Part shown: in pieces, positions 1 through 10,012 of the stretch | Layout: each line of letters opens with the position of its first letter | Numbering within the stretch: the first letter of the stretch is position 1 | From: Akkermansiaceae bacterium UBA2367 | Lineage (GTDB): Bacteria > Verrucomicrobiota > Verrucomicrobiia > Verrucomicrobiales > DEV007 | Length of the DNA stretch: 64,000 nucleotides | Assembly: GCA_002344525.1 (NCBI GenBank) | Contig: DDTJ01000073.1 | Span: 3,102-67,101, forward strand | Direction of reading: 5' to 3' | Translations under genes and position numbers: made by a program | Notes under the pieces: generated by a model | The model's database searches: none | What the model was told of the DNA's origin: nothing | What the model saw: the letters and a program-made list of their open reading frames with translations, nothing else

Positions 1-711
1 GGCGCCGAACTTCATGCCGGGGTCGAGGAAGTTCTGCGTCACCTCGACGCCGCCCTTCTCGTAGGTGAGGGAAGCGATGGCCTCGAAGAACTTGGCGAAG
101 CTGTAGTCGAACTTCGCCATGACCATGAAGCTGAGCGCAAAGGTCGCGGTCATCAGCAACACGGCCTTCACGATCTGCACCCAGGTGGTGCCGTGCATGC
201 CGCCGAAGATGACGTAGACGATCATCAGCACGCCCACACCGACGATGGCCGCGTTCGGCGTGATCCATGCGTAGTCCTTCAGCAGGGTGCTGACGAGCAC
301 ACCCGCGCCGATCATCTGCGCGACCATGTAGAAGGTGGAGACGGTGAGGGTACTCAGCGACGCCGCCGCGCGGACGGGGCGGGCCTTGAGCCGATAGGCA
401 AGCAGGTCGGCCATCGTGTATTTGCCCGCGTTGCGCAGCGGCTCGGCGACGACGTAGAGCACGCTGAGGTAGGCAACGAGGAAGCCGACCGAATACATGA
501 AGCCGTCGTAGCCGAAGAAGGCGATCATCCCCGAGATGCCGAGGAAGGAGGCGGCGGACATGTAGTCGCCGGCGACGGCGAGGCCGTTCTGCCAGCCCTT
601 GATGGAGCGGCCGGCGGCAAAGTAGGCGCTCGCCCCGGTGTTCTTGCGGGCGCTCCAGACGGTGATGCCCAGCGTGGCGACCACGAAGGCGAGAAACATG
701 GCGATGGTCAT
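1..711 (-). CDS. actP: Cation/acetate symporter (sodium:solute symporter family), 3' end runs off window
   Basis: Manual translation from ATG at 711: MTIAMFLAFVVATLGITVWSARK...GWQNGLAVAGDYMSAASFLGISG...AEPLRNAGKYTMAD; directly follows a DUF485 gene, the usual actP pairing. Not in the ORF track because it is open at the edge. Confidence 0.9.
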   Translation of the reverse strand, partial: MTIAMFLAFVVATLGITVWSARKNTGASAYFAAGRSIKGWQNGLAVAGDYMSAASFLGISGMIAFFGYDGFMYSVGFLVAYLSVLYVVAEPLRNAGKYTMADLLAYRLKARPVRAAASLSTLTVSTFYMVAQMIGAGVLVSTLLKDYAWITPNAAIVGVGVLMIVYVIFGGMHGTTWVQIVKAVLLMTATFALSFMVMAKFDYSFAKFFEAIASLTYEKGGVEVTQNFLDPGMKFGA

Positions 712-724
712 AGGGATCGGGGGA

Positions 725-1066
725 TCAGAGGTTTTCCTTGGCGAGGAGCTCGGCGGCGGCGCGATCGAAGGCGGCGGCCTTGCGCATGTAGAGCCAGGCC
801 ATGCCCCACGCCATGAAGAACTGCGAGAGGGCGAAGAGGTAGGCGATATTGATCTTGCCGAGGACAGGCTTCTTCATCAGGTCGAGGTGCCAGCCGACGA
901 AGTAGAGCAGGGCGAAGTAGTAGACGAGGAAGAAGACGCAGCAGGGGACGATGAAGCGCCGCTTCGCCGCGAGCAGGGCCTCGAACTCGGGACGTTCGAC
1001 GATGTTCTCCCAGACTTCGGCATTGCCGCCTTTGTCGGCCGATGGGGTGGATTCCTTCTCGCTCAT
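725..1066 (-). CDS. DUF485 family small membrane protein (YjcH-like)
   Basis: MSEKES...FEALLAAKRRFIVPCCVFFLVYYF..., two TM segments, immediately upstream of actP. Confidence 0.85.
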   Translation of the reverse strand: MSEKESTPSADKGGNAEVWENIVERPEFEALLAAKRRFIVPCCVFFLVYYFALLYFVGWHLDLMKKPVLGKINIAYLFALSQFFMAWGMAWLYMRKAAAFDRAAAELLAKENL

Positions 1067-1165
1067 GGGCCGGGATGTTAGGGATCGCGGCCACGGATGG
1101 CAAGCGGGAAATTGCGCGGGAATCCGCTCCGGCCCCGCCCATCGCATCGGACACCCGCCCGAACC

Positions 1166-2284
1166 TCATTCCGGCGAAGCCCCGGCCAGAGCCTCGATCC
1201 CCGCCCGGTCGGGCTTGCCCAATTCGGTTCGGGGCAGTTCCGCCACGACGACCTCCCGCGAGAGGCGCTCGACGGGAGGCAGACCGGCGTTAAAACGCTC
1301 CAGCGCGTCTTCCCTGTCGCCCTCCTCGCGCACCAGTACCAACTCGCTCCCCCGGCGCGAGCCGGACAGCGCGACGATCCAGCCCACGATCCCAAAGGCG
1401 GCGAGTCGGTCGTTCAACATCGGCAGGGAGACGAGTTCGCCCGAAACTTTCACCGCCCCGTCGGCGCGAGAGAGGAAGCGCAGGTCGCCGCCCCGCAGTT
1501 CGCAGCGGTCGCCCGTCGCGAACCAGCCCTCCGCGTTGCCAGCGGGATCGAAACGCCAACCTCCGCCCTCGCGAAACGCGTAGCCGGAGAAGAGGCATCC
1601 GCCGCGCAACCTCAGCCGTCCTTCTCCGTCCGTTTCCGCCTCCCAGCCGGGCAGCAGGGGCAGCCATTCGCCGTCGCCGTCGAGGCTCGTCGCCACCTGC
1701 GAAGCCGTCTCGGACATGCCGTAGGTGGGCCAGAGGGGCCAGCCCAGCGAACGCGCCTCCGCCACCAGAGCCGGGTCGATCCGCCCCCCGCCGAGGAAAA
1801 CCCCGCGCAGGCTCGCCGGACACCGCGCCCCGGCCCCGACCAAATCCCAAAGGTGCGTCGGCGTCAGCGACGCGAGCGTGGCCCGCGACTCGTCCACCGC
1901 CCGGAGGAAGGCGGCGCCGTCGCGCGTCCACGAGTCCCAAGCCATGGCCGCGACCTGCGCCCCGTTGCAAAAAGCCCTCGCATAGATCCCGAGGCCGCCG
2001 ACGTGGAAAGTCGGGAGGCCGCCGAGCCAGACATCCTCCGTCTCCAGCCCGCAATGCGCGTTCACCGCCCGCGCCGAGGCGAGGATCGCGGCCTTGGGGA
2101 GGACGACGAATTTCGCGCTCCCGCTGGAGCCGGAGGTGGCGAGCACCACGACGGCGCGCAGGCCGAGTTCGCCTTCGAGAAACTCGCGAAGACCCGCCGC
2201 CTCGACGGGGCGCTTGGGGTTCAGCCGGAGATCGACGCTCTCCGACTCCCAGTAGGCGGGAGAGATCAAGTCAGGCGTTTCCAT
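1166..2284 (-). CDS. menE: O-succinylbenzoate-CoA ligase (AMP-binding, short form)
   Basis: ATSGSSGSAK P-loop, LPTFHVGG, TYGMSETASQ, TGDR, KVSGELV; in men cluster; start METPDL chosen manually. Confidence 0.85.
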   Translation of the reverse strand: METPDLISPAYWESESVDLRLNPKRPVEAAGLREFLEGELGLRAVVVLATSGSSGSAKFVVLPKAAILASARAVNAHCGLETEDVWLGGLPTFHVGGLGIYARAFCNGAQVAAMAWDSWTRDGAAFLRAVDESRATLASLTPTHLWDLVGAGARCPASLRGVFLGGGRIDPALVAEARSLGWPLWPTYGMSETASQVATSLDGDGEWLPLLPGWEAETDGEGRLRLRGGCLFSGYAFREGGGWRFDPAGNAEGWFATGDRCELRGGDLRFLSRADGAVKVSGELVSLPMLNDRLAAFGIVGWIVALSGSRRGSELVLVREEGDREDALERFNAGLPPVERLSREVVVAELPRTELGKPDRAGIEALAGASPE

Positions 2285-3195
2285 GGCAGCGCCTCCAAGA
2301 GATCGTCGAAGCCGAGACCTGTTCCACCCGGCGGGAGCAGACGCGGCCCGTCGCAGCGCAGCCGCTCGAAGAAAGGGTCGGACTCGAAGCAGCGGTGGGT
2401 GAGAAGGCCGCAGGGGAGGAGCTTGTCGTTTTTCCCGCCTTGCGAAGCGATCGAAGCGAAGGCCGCCGCCCAGAGCTGGCCGAGCGCGTGGTCCATGTTG
2501 GAGGTGATGTAGAAGCGCGTCTCCCGGTGGCAGGCATATCCGAAGCGGGCGGGCTTGTAGACCAGCACATCCCCAAGGCGAAGCCGGCTCGTGTGGTCCC
2601 GGTCCACCGCGAGGGGCACCCCGGCGTCGCGCAAGGACATCCAGCCCTGTTCCGACCACGCTTCGGGGTCCTCGACCACATCGACCGCGCTCCTCCTCGC
2701 TTCGCCCAAACGTTTCCAGAAATCGAGAAACTCGCCGCAGCCGAGGGATTCGTTGAAATCGAGCCGAATCCGCAGACCCGCCTTCGACCAAGCGTCGATC
2801 AGAGCCACGACCCGCTCCCCATCCCGGCTTCCCTTGATCTTGGCGACCGCGAAGCCCTCGGACCGGGCGAAGTCCGGATCGTCGCCGTCCCGGACGAGCC
2901 AATGGCTTTCGGGGATCGGCTGAGTGAAAAGCGACTTCCCCGAGCGCCTCGCCTCCCCGTCGATCCTCACGCCTTCCAAGGCACCGATCACGAGCGGCGT
3001 GTGGAGCGACTCCCCGCTGGCGAGAGACCGCAACTGTCCGTCGAGCGGCAGATCCCCGAACTCCGGCCAAGGATGGAGGCACCCGAAGCCGTCCCCGACG
3101 CGGATGAGGGCTCCCTCGTGCTCCGTCCGAGCGCTCGCCGCGTTCAGCGCCTTCGCCGAACGCAGGGTGTAGCGCCAGAAATAGACGGGCTTCAT
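2266..3195 (-). CDS. menC: O-succinylbenzoate synthase (enolase superfamily)
   Basis: GFGCLHPWPEFGD, KIKG, RLDFN, VEDP, AVDR; start overlaps menA stop (ATGA). Confidence 0.85.
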   Translation of the reverse strand: MKPVYFWRYTLRSAKALNAASARTEHEGALIRVGDGFGCLHPWPEFGDLPLDGQLRSLASGESLHTPLVIGALEGVRIDGEARRSGKSLFTQPIPESHWLVRDGDDPDFARSEGFAVAKIKGSRDGERVVALIDAWSKAGLRIRLDFNESLGCGEFLDFWKRLGEARRSAVDVVEDPEAWSEQGWMSLRDAGVPLAVDRDHTSRLRLGDVLVYKPARFGYACHRETRFYITSNMDHALGQLWAAAFASIASQGGKNDKLLPCGLLTHRCFESDPFFERLRCDGPRLLPPGGTGLGFDDLLEALPWKRLT

Positions 3196-4076
3196 GGCAC
3201 GAGTTCGCGCAGCGTCGCCGCCACCGCGAAGAGCAGCAGTTGCAGCGCCCCGAAGGCGAGGATGCGGTTGTAGACCGGCCCCGGCCGAAAGCGGAAGACG
3301 CAGAACACGATGACCGCCCCGATGGGCGCGGGCAGCAGCCCGACGAACAATCCCTCGTAGGATCGCGGCACGGGCAGATTCCACAGCAGAACGGGGATCA
3401 GGCAGAAGAGCAGGATCTCCACCCGCGCGAAGGTCTCGCCGAAGCGCGTCGCGAGGGTGCGCTTGCCCGAACCGCGATCCTCCTCGACGTCCCGGAGGTT
3501 GTTCACCGCGATGAGCACGCTCGAATACAGCCCGCACTGGAGCCCGAGCCGCAGGATCTCGCCGCCGCCCCATTCCCCCGTCTGCGCGAAATACGACCCT
3601 GACACGGCCACCAAACCGAAGAAGAGGATGACGAAGAGCTCTCCCATCCCCCGGTAGGCGAGCGGACAAGGGCCGCCGGTGTAGCCGTAGGAGAAGAAAA
3701 GCGATACCGCCCCGATGGCGACGATGGGCCAGCCCCGCGTCACGATCAGGGGGATCGCGATCAGGGCCGCCGCGAGGCAGAAGCCCAGCGCCCCGATCAA
3801 CACCGTGCCTGGCCTCAGCATCCCCGAGGCTGTGACACGCCTCGGGCCGAGCCGCTTCTTCGTGTCGGCCCCCTTCGCGTGGTCGATGGCGTCGTTGAAG
3901 AGATTCGTCGCGATCTGAATGCAGAGACAGCTCAGCAGCGTACACCAGAAGAGGAACCACGATCCGGTGAAAAGGTTCCCGTCCATCAGCATCGGCATCG
4001 CCCCCACCCAAACCGGCACCACCGCCGCCGGGAGCGTCTTTGGGCGAGCCGCGAGAATCCAAGGCGAGAGGTTCAT
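3192..4076 (-). CDS. menA: 1,4-dihydroxy-2-naphthoate polyprenyltransferase
   Basis: WILAARPKTL, NLFNDAIDHAKGAD, YTGGP.PLAY.G.GE, NNLRDVEEDRGSGKRTLA. Confidence 0.95.
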   Translation of the reverse strand: MNLSPWILAARPKTLPAAVVPVWVGAMPMLMDGNLFTGSWFLFWCTLLSCLCIQIATNLFNDAIDHAKGADTKKRLGPRRVTASGMLRPGTVLIGALGFCLAAALIAIPLIVTRGWPIVAIGAVSLFFSYGYTGGPCPLAYRGMGELFVILFFGLVAVSGSYFAQTGEWGGGEILRLGLQCGLYSSVLIAVNNLRDVEEDRGSGKRTLATRFGETFARVEILLFCLIPVLLWNLPVPRSYEGLFVGLLPAPIGAVIVFCVFRFRPGPVYNRILAFGALQLLLFAVAATLRELVP

Positions 4077-4123
4077 GGCTTCGCTATCTCGAATCCGTTA
4101 CGAACACTACCACTCGCCAACCT

Positions 4124-4201
4124 GTAGAGAAATTTGTGAGAATTTCTCCCGGAACCACGCATGGAGGACGCTCTCGGAGAAATTCTCACGAATTTCTCTA
4201 C
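4124..4201. repeat. REPIN-like inverted pair of GTAG-tagged palindromes (family R1)
   Basis: 4124-4149 GTAGAGAAATTTGTGAGAATTTCTCC and 4176-4201 whose reverse complement is GTAGAGAAATTCGTGAGAATTTCTCC (25/26); each has an internal AGAAATT..AATTTCT hairpin; 26-bp spacer. Confidence 0.85.
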
Positions 4202-4247
4202 CCTGCGGCAAGGTGATGTCGTTTCCACTCTCACTCTTTGTTGCCTT

Positions 4248-5066
4248 TTACGGAAGCCTCGGGAATCTGGAGAAATCCGGCTTCCTTTTCTCGACGAAGG
4301 CGCTTCGTCCCTCCTTCGCCTCCTCCGACATGTAGTAGAGCAGGGTCGCGTTGCCGGCGAGGTCGAGGAGGCCCATTTGGCCGTCGCAGTCAGCGTTGAG
4401 GGCGGTCTTGAGGCAGCGCAGGGCGAGGGGCGAATGCTCCAGGATTTCGCGGCACCATTTCACCGTCTCCTCCTCCAGTTTCGCGAGGGGGACAACCGTG
4501 TTGACCAGCCCCATCTCCAGCGCTTGCTGCGCGTCGTACTGGCGGCAGAGGAACCAGATTTCGCGGGCCTTCTTCTGCCCCACGATGCGGGCGAGGTAAC
4601 TGGAGCCGAGGCCCCCGTCGAAGGAGCCGACCTTCGGCCCGGTCTGGCCGAAGCGGGCGTTGTCCGCCGCGATGGTGAGGTCGCAGACGACGTGGAGGAC
4701 GTGCCCCCCGCCGATGGCGTAGCCCGCGACCATCGCGACGACCGGTTTGGGCAGGGCGCGGATCTTCTTCTGCACTTCGAGGATGTTCAGCCGAGGCACC
4801 CCGTCCTCGCCGACATAGCCGGCGTGGCCGCGCACCTTCTGGTCGCCTCCCGCGCAGAAGGCGAGATCGCCCTCGCCCGTGAGGATGACGACGCCGACCT
4901 TCGGGTCCTCGTGGGCGAGGTCAAAGGCGGCAAGCATCTCCCGCACCGTCCGGGGGCGGAAGGCGTTGCGCACCTCGGGACGGTTGATCGTGATCTTCGC
5001 GATCTGTCCGTCCTCCGAGGTCTCGTAGCGGAGGTCTTCAAAGTCGTGGGCGGGTATCCAGTTCAT
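4248..5066 (-). CDS. menB: 1,4-dihydroxy-2-naphthoyl-CoA synthase
   Basis: [44 protein letters not shown]. Confidence 0.97.
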   Translation of the reverse strand: MNWIPAHDFEDLRYETSEDGQIAKITINRPEVRNAFRPRTVREMLAAFDLAHEDPKVGVVILTGEGDLAFCAGGDQKVRGHAGYVGEDGVPRLNILEVQKKIRALPKPVVAMVAGYAIGGGHVLHVVCDLTIAADNARFGQTGPKVGSFDGGLGSSYLARIVGQKKAREIWFLCRQYDAQQALEMGLVNTVVPLAKLEEETVKWCREILEHSPLALRCLKTALNADCDGQMGLLDLAGNATLLYYMSEEAKEGRSAFVEKRKPDFSRFPRLP

Positions 5067-5196
5067 GCGCGGGGAGCGTGTTCCCGATGAGGGCCGGAGT
5101 CAACGGGAGTTGTGGGGGAAACCGGATCGATCCGCCCGCCTCGATTTGATCGCTTCCCTCTTGGGCGACCCCGTGGCACAGTATCGCGAGATTCGC

Positions 5197-6693
5197 ATGA
5201 AGAAGCTTCTCCTCATCCTCGCCCTCCTCGCGGTGCTCGCCCTGATCTCCGCCTTCGTCGTGGTCCGCATCGTCGGCCCGCGGCTCGTCTCGGTGCCTCC
5301 TCCGAGCGGGGAGCCGCTCGGGGAATACGACTCGCCCCGGCCCGAGGTCTCCCTGCTCGCCCTCGGCATCGTCGTGCCCGTCGGCCTCCTCGACGAGATC
5401 GCCAACGCCGAGGCGCCCCTGACCTTCGAAGGGGGCGAGGCGAAGAATTTCCACAAGCGCATCCAGAACGGAGCCTACACCTGGGACGCGACCCGCGGCG
5501 AGATCCGCTTCCACAACACCGGGAGCAGCCTCGCCTTCACCGTGCCCTTCGAGGGGAAAGCGACCCTGCAAGGCGAACTCGACGCCTCCATCCTGAAAAT
5601 CCCGATCGAGGGCAGCGCCGATGTCGCCGGCACCGCCGGGGGAACGCTCGTGCCGGAAGTCCAATCCGACTGGAACGTGAACCCGAATTTCACCCCGGAA
5701 CTGAAGCTCGACAAAGCCAACCTGCGGCTCGGCCAACTCGGCGGCATCGACATCGGCGAATTTCTCGGCGGCAGCCTCGGCGCCTACCTGCAGGAGGAGG
5801 CCGGGAAGATCGCGCCCGTGATCCGCAAACGCTTCGACCTGCGCCGCGAAGCCGGGAAGCTGTGGAGCCAAGCCCACCTGCTCGAGCAAGTCTCCGACGA
5901 CCCCCCGCTCTGGGTCCGCGTCACCCCCCGCCGCTTCCTCCTCGGCCCCGTCGACTACGGCACGCCGGAGCAGATCGGCCTCGCCGTCGCCATCGAGAGC
6001 GAAACCTACCTCGTCAACCGCGCCCCGGCCGCCCCGGAGCTCGCGCCCCTGCCCGAACTGGGTCCCCTGCCGGAGGCGGCGGGCACCGACCTGCGCGTGC
6101 CCGTCGTCGTCAGCATGACGGAGTTGAACCGGATGATCGCGGAGGAGGACTTCGACATCGACACCGGGATCGGCACGAGGATCAAGGTCCACGGCCTCGC
6201 CGCCGAAGTCGGGCAGGGCGGCTATCTGAACCTAAAACTCGACTTGGAGGCGGACAAATCGCGCCTCGGTCGCGGCGTCGCCGGCTCCATCTGGGTGAAG
6301 GGCCGACCCGTGATCGACTACGAGAAGCAAACCCTCGGGTTCACCGGAGTCGAACTGACCGTGGAGACGCGCGACAAGCTCACCGGCGTGGCCGCCTGGC
6401 TGCTGGAGGGGATGCTCGTGAAGGGCCTCGAAGGGCAACTGCGCGTCGATCTGAACGACTACAAGGAGGAGCTCGACGAGGAGGTGCGCGAGGCTATCGC
6501 CAAAGCGGACCTGCCCGAGGGCATCGACGTCTCCCTGCAAAACCTCGAAGTGACCCTCGCCGACATCTACACCATCACCCGCCACGTCGAGGGTGGGGAG
6601 CCCGATCCCGGCATCGTCCTCGTGATCCGCGCGACCGGGGACATGAGCACGCGCGTCAGCAGCCTCGACTTCCAACGGGACAAGAATCCATGA
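5197..6693 (+). CDS. Membrane-anchored/secreted DUF4403-like protein
   Basis: N-terminal hydrophobic MKKLLLILALLAVLALI; beta-rich tubular-type body (GSIWVKGRPVIDY); family call tentative. Confidence 0.6.
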   Translation: MKKLLLILALLAVLALISAFVVVRIVGPRLVSVPPPSGEPLGEYDSPRPEVSLLALGIVVPVGLLDEIANAEAPLTFEGGEAKNFHKRIQNGAYTWDATRGEIRFHNTGSSLAFTVPFEGKATLQGELDASILKIPIEGSADVAGTAGGTLVPEVQSDWNVNPNFTPELKLDKANLRLGQLGGIDIGEFLGGSLGAYLQEEAGKIAPVIRKRFDLRREAGKLWSQAHLLEQVSDDPPLWVRVTPRRFLLGPVDYGTPEQIGLAVAIESETYLVNRAPAAPELAPLPELGPLPEAAGTDLRVPVVVSMTELNRMIAEEDFDIDTGIGTRIKVHGLAAEVGQGGYLNLKLDLEADKSRLGRGVAGSIWVKGRPVIDYEKQTLGFTGVELTVETRDKLTGVAAWLLEGMLVKGLEGQLRVDLNDYKEELDEEVREAIAKADLPEGIDVSLQNLEVTLADIYTITRHVEGGEPDPGIVLVIRATGDMSTRVSSLDFQRDKNP

Positions 6694-9029
6694 GACGCAC
6701 GTTTTTCGCCGCCGCAGCCGTCGGATTCGCCACTGCGGCGCTCTGCCAGGACGCCGCCCCGCTCCCCGGCACCGCGCCGCTCGACTGGACCGAGGAGGAC
6801 CCCTCCGTCCGCATCATGGACGGCGCCCATGCCTTCATCGACCGGAAGATCGCCGAGGCCGCGACGAAAACGCCCCGGCTCCCCCTCGACGAGGCGGCGC
6901 GGAAGGAATTCGTCGCGAACTCCCGCGAGGCCCTCGCGGGGAAGCTCGGCGTCGTCGAGGAACGGCTCCCCCCGTCTCTCGAATTCGTCTCTGTCGACCC
7001 TGTTAACTTCGAGGGCGAACCCGGCACGTCCCTCGTCGCGGAGGGCCCCGGCTTCCGCGTCCACCAGGTGCGCTGGCCCGTCCTGCCGGGATACACCGCC
7101 GAGGGGCTCTACGTGAACCCGATCCCGCTGGAGGACGGGGTCGCCTCCCCTCCCCTGATGGTCCTGATGCCCGACGCCGGCGAGACGCCCGAGGAGGTCC
7201 TCGGCCTGTCGCCCCGCCTCGAAGCGAAGGAGCGGATCGGTCTGCGCTTCGCGATGGCGGGCTTCCGCCTCCTCATCCCCGCCCCGCTCGACCGGGGGAC
7301 GTTTGGCGGTTTGTCAGGAAACGAGGAGGCCGTCCTCAAAACGAAGCAGAGCCACCGCGAATGGATCTACCGCCAAGCCTTCCAGATGGGGCGACATCCC
7401 CTCGGCTACGACGTGCAGACGATCCTCGCGGCGGTGGACTGGTTCGAAAGGGCCTTCCCCGGCGACCGGGTGGCAGCGGCCGGCTACGGCGAGGGAGGCC
7501 GCGCCGCCCTCTACGCCGCCGCCCTCGATCCCCGCGTCGGCCGCGCCTTCGTCAGCGGGGCCTTCGCCCCTCGCGACGCGGCTTGGGCCGAACCCATCGA
7601 CCGCAACATCTTCGGCCTCCTCCCCGACCACGGCGACGCCTCCGTCGCCGCCCTGATCGCCCCGCGCGTCCTCCTCGTCGAGCACACCCGCTTCCCCGAG
7701 GTGAAGGACCAGAAAGGTGATCTCACGACCCCGCCCTTCGCCGAGGTGGAGCGCGAATGGCAGAGCATCGCCACGGTGATGAACGCCTTCTCCGCGCCGC
7801 CCTCCTTTTTCCTGACGGAGGCCCACGACGGCGCTCGCGGCGACTACCCCTCGGTCGCGGGCTTCCTCCAAGCCATCGGTCGCGAACCGGACATCGAGCG
7901 CACCCCGCCCCTCGCCCTCGTCCTCGAAAAACGCCAGGCCTTCGATCCCGCGTCACGCCACCGACGCATCCTCCTCGGCTTGCAAGAGCACGTCCAAAGC
8001 CTCGTCGACGCCTCCGACCGGACGCGCGAGGAGTCCTTCCTCTTCGCCGCCGAACCGGGTCTGCGACCGGGAGGCTGGTCCGTGGAAAAGGAGCATCCCG
8101 TCCTCGGCCCGGCGAATTTCATCGTCCGCAGCGAGGAATGGCGGACCCGTTTCGAGGAGGAATTCCTCGGCGCCTTCGACGAGGAGCCGCTCCCGCCGAA
8201 TCCGCGCACGAGAAAACTGAAGGAGACGGAGGCCTGGACGATGTGGGAGGTCGGCCTCGACGTCCATCCCGGTTTCGAGACTTGGGGCGTGCTGCTCCTG
8301 CCGAAGGGGCTGAAACCCGGCGAGCGCCGCCCTGTCGTCGTCTGCCAGCACGGACGCAACGGAGTCCCCCGCGACTGCGTCGATGCGGGCAAGCCCGCCT
8401 ACAACGACTTCGCCGCCCGCCTCGCCGAGCGCGGCTACGTCACCTTCGCCCCGCACAACCTCTACCGGGGCGAGGACCGCTACCGCTGGCTCGACCGCAA
8501 GGCGAACCTCGTCGGCGGCACCCTCTTCACCTTCATCGTCTCCTCGCACCGCCAGTGCCTCGCTTGGCTGAAATCCCTGCCCGAAGTCGATCCGCAGCGC
8601 ATCGCCTTCTACGGGCTGAGCTACGGCGGCGAGACGGCGGTGCGCGTGCCGGCGGTGATCCCCGACTATTGCCTCTCGATCTGCTCGGGCGACTTCAACC
8701 AATGGACCCGCAAAGTCGCCGACCCCGATTTTCCCGGCAGCTTCATGAAGAGCGTCGAGTGGGAGATGCCCTACTGGAACCTCGGCAGCGCCTACGACTA
8801 CAGCGAGATGGCGGCCCTGATCTTTCCGCGCCCTTTCTTCGTCGAGCGCGGGCACCACGACCGCGTCTCCACCGACGCCTGGGTGGCGCACGAGTATGCG
8901 AAAGTGCGCCACCTCTACGCCCGCTTCGGCCTCGCCGACCGCACCGGGATCGAGTTCTTCCACGGCGGGCATTCGATCCACGGCGTGGGGACTTTCGAGT
9001 TTCTGGAGAGGCACCTCGGGAAGCCGTAG
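6690..9029 (+). CDS. Secreted double alpha/beta-hydrolase (dienelactone hydrolase-like)
   Basis: Signal peptide MRRTFFAAAAVG; GYGEGG and intact GLSYGG elbows; VVVCQHG; GHHD; start overlaps upstream stop. Confidence 0.8.
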   Translation: MRRTFFAAAAVGFATAALCQDAAPLPGTAPLDWTEEDPSVRIMDGAHAFIDRKIAEAATKTPRLPLDEAARKEFVANSREALAGKLGVVEERLPPSLEFVSVDPVNFEGEPGTSLVAEGPGFRVHQVRWPVLPGYTAEGLYVNPIPLEDGVASPPLMVLMPDAGETPEEVLGLSPRLEAKERIGLRFAMAGFRLLIPAPLDRGTFGGLSGNEEAVLKTKQSHREWIYRQAFQMGRHPLGYDVQTILAAVDWFERAFPGDRVAAAGYGEGGRAALYAAALDPRVGRAFVSGAFAPRDAAWAEPIDRNIFGLLPDHGDASVAALIAPRVLLVEHTRFPEVKDQKGDLTTPPFAEVEREWQSIATVMNAFSAPPSFFLTEAHDGARGDYPSVAGFLQAIGREPDIERTPPLALVLEKRQAFDPASRHRRILLGLQEHVQSLVDASDRTREESFLFAAEPGLRPGGWSVEKEHPVLGPANFIVRSEEWRTRFEEEFLGAFDEEPLPPNPRTRKLKETEAWTMWEVGLDVHPGFETWGVLLLPKGLKPGERRPVVVCQHGRNGVPRDCVDAGKPAYNDFAARLAERGYVTFAPHNLYRGEDRYRWLDRKANLVGGTLFTFIVSSHRQCLAWLKSLPEVDPQRIAFYGLSYGGETAVRVPAVIPDYCLSICSGDFNQWTRKVADPDFPGSFMKSVEWEMPYWNLGSAYDYSEMAALIFPRPFFVERGHHDRVSTDAWVAHEYAKVRHLYARFGLADRTGIEFFHGGHSIHGVGTFEFLERHLGKP

Positions 9030-9037
9030 GGTGGCCT

Positions 9038-9091
9038 ACGGAAGACGCGGAAGACGCGGAAGACGCGGAAGACGCGGAAGACACGGAAAAG
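9038..9091 (+). repeat. 9-bp tandem repeat (RCGGAAGAC x5 plus ACGGAAAAG)
   Basis: ACGGAAGAC GCGGAAGAC GCGGAAGAC GCGGAAGAC GCGGAAGAC ACGGAAAAG; CACGGAAAA (9082-9090) can pair with TTTTCCGTG (9123-9131). Confidence 0.95.
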
Positions 9092-9190
9092 GATTGGAGC
9101 GCTCAAACGGTTTTCTTTCCTGTTTTCCGTGAGGAGGTTTTTGCGCCAGTTCGTCTTGCCCTCCGTCTCCCGATCTGTCTATGATCGGGC

Positions 9191-10012
9191 ATGATTCGTC
9201 GATCTTGGAGAAAGGCGCTCGTTTTCGCGGCATTCGGCATCTTGCTCGCAACGACCGCCTGGGTCGTTGACCATCTCCAAAAACAGGCACGCCCCGATGA
9301 GGAGGTCGTCCTGTGGTCGGACCTCCGGAACAGACCGGATTCCGAAATCGGGATTCTCCAGAGCGACCTGAAACTGGCGGACCTCGACGAAGTGGTCTTC
9401 AAGGAGACGCCTTTCTCGGAATGCCTCGCACAGCTTCAGCGAATGATCGTGGACGAGCATCCCCACATCGCACCGATCACGTTCCAAATCGAGGAGGAGG
9501 TTTCGCCAACGTCTCCCATCACCCTCCATCTCCGCGAAGTGCCCGCGTTGGAGGCATTGCAATACCTTGGAGGGCTCAATTCCGCCAGATACGATCTGGA
9601 GCTTGGTCGGACCGTCGTTTTCGACGTCGGCTATCTGGACAGAGAACGGTTCCGGGAGGAAGGGTGGTTTCGTATTCCTCCCGGTTTTTTTGAGGGCATC
9701 GATCCATCAGCGGAAACAGCCAATGTGCGCGACCAACTGCAACGACTCGGCATCGCGCTCGAAAGCGGCGAAGTCTCCATCTACTACCCGAAACGGGGGC
9801 TGCTTTGGGCCTCGGCGGACGTGGACAATATGGAGGAGATCGACTTTCTTGCTTCCAGCATCTTCTACGATCCCGAACCGCCTTGGAACGACCGACTCAT
9901 GGAATGGCGGTATCGCCAGACCTCACGGCTCCGCCCCGCAGCCCCTGCGGCCCCCGTTCCTCCCGGTCCAGCCAGCGGCCAAGGCTTGCCCGACCCGTTT
10001 GGTGTCCCATAA
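9191..10012 (+). CDS. Membrane-anchored protein resembling N-terminal periplasmic domains of verrucomicrobial secretins, no barrel
   Basis: PITLHLREVPALEALQYL, FRIPPGFF, LQRLGIALESGEVSIYYPKRGLLW resemble STN/N3-type segments; Pro-rich DPFG tail. Confidence 0.6.
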   Translation: MIRRSWRKALVFAAFGILLATTAWVVDHLQKQARPDEEVVLWSDLRNRPDSEIGILQSDLKLADLDEVVFKETPFSECLAQLQRMIVDEHPHIAPITFQIEEEVSPTSPITLHLREVPALEALQYLGGLNSARYDLELGRTVVFDVGYLDRERFREEGWFRIPPGFFEGIDPSAETANVRDQLQRLGIALESGEVSIYYPKRGLLWASADVDNMEEIDFLASSIFYDPEPPWNDRLMEWRYRQTSRLRPAAPAAPVPPGPASGQGLPDPFGVP

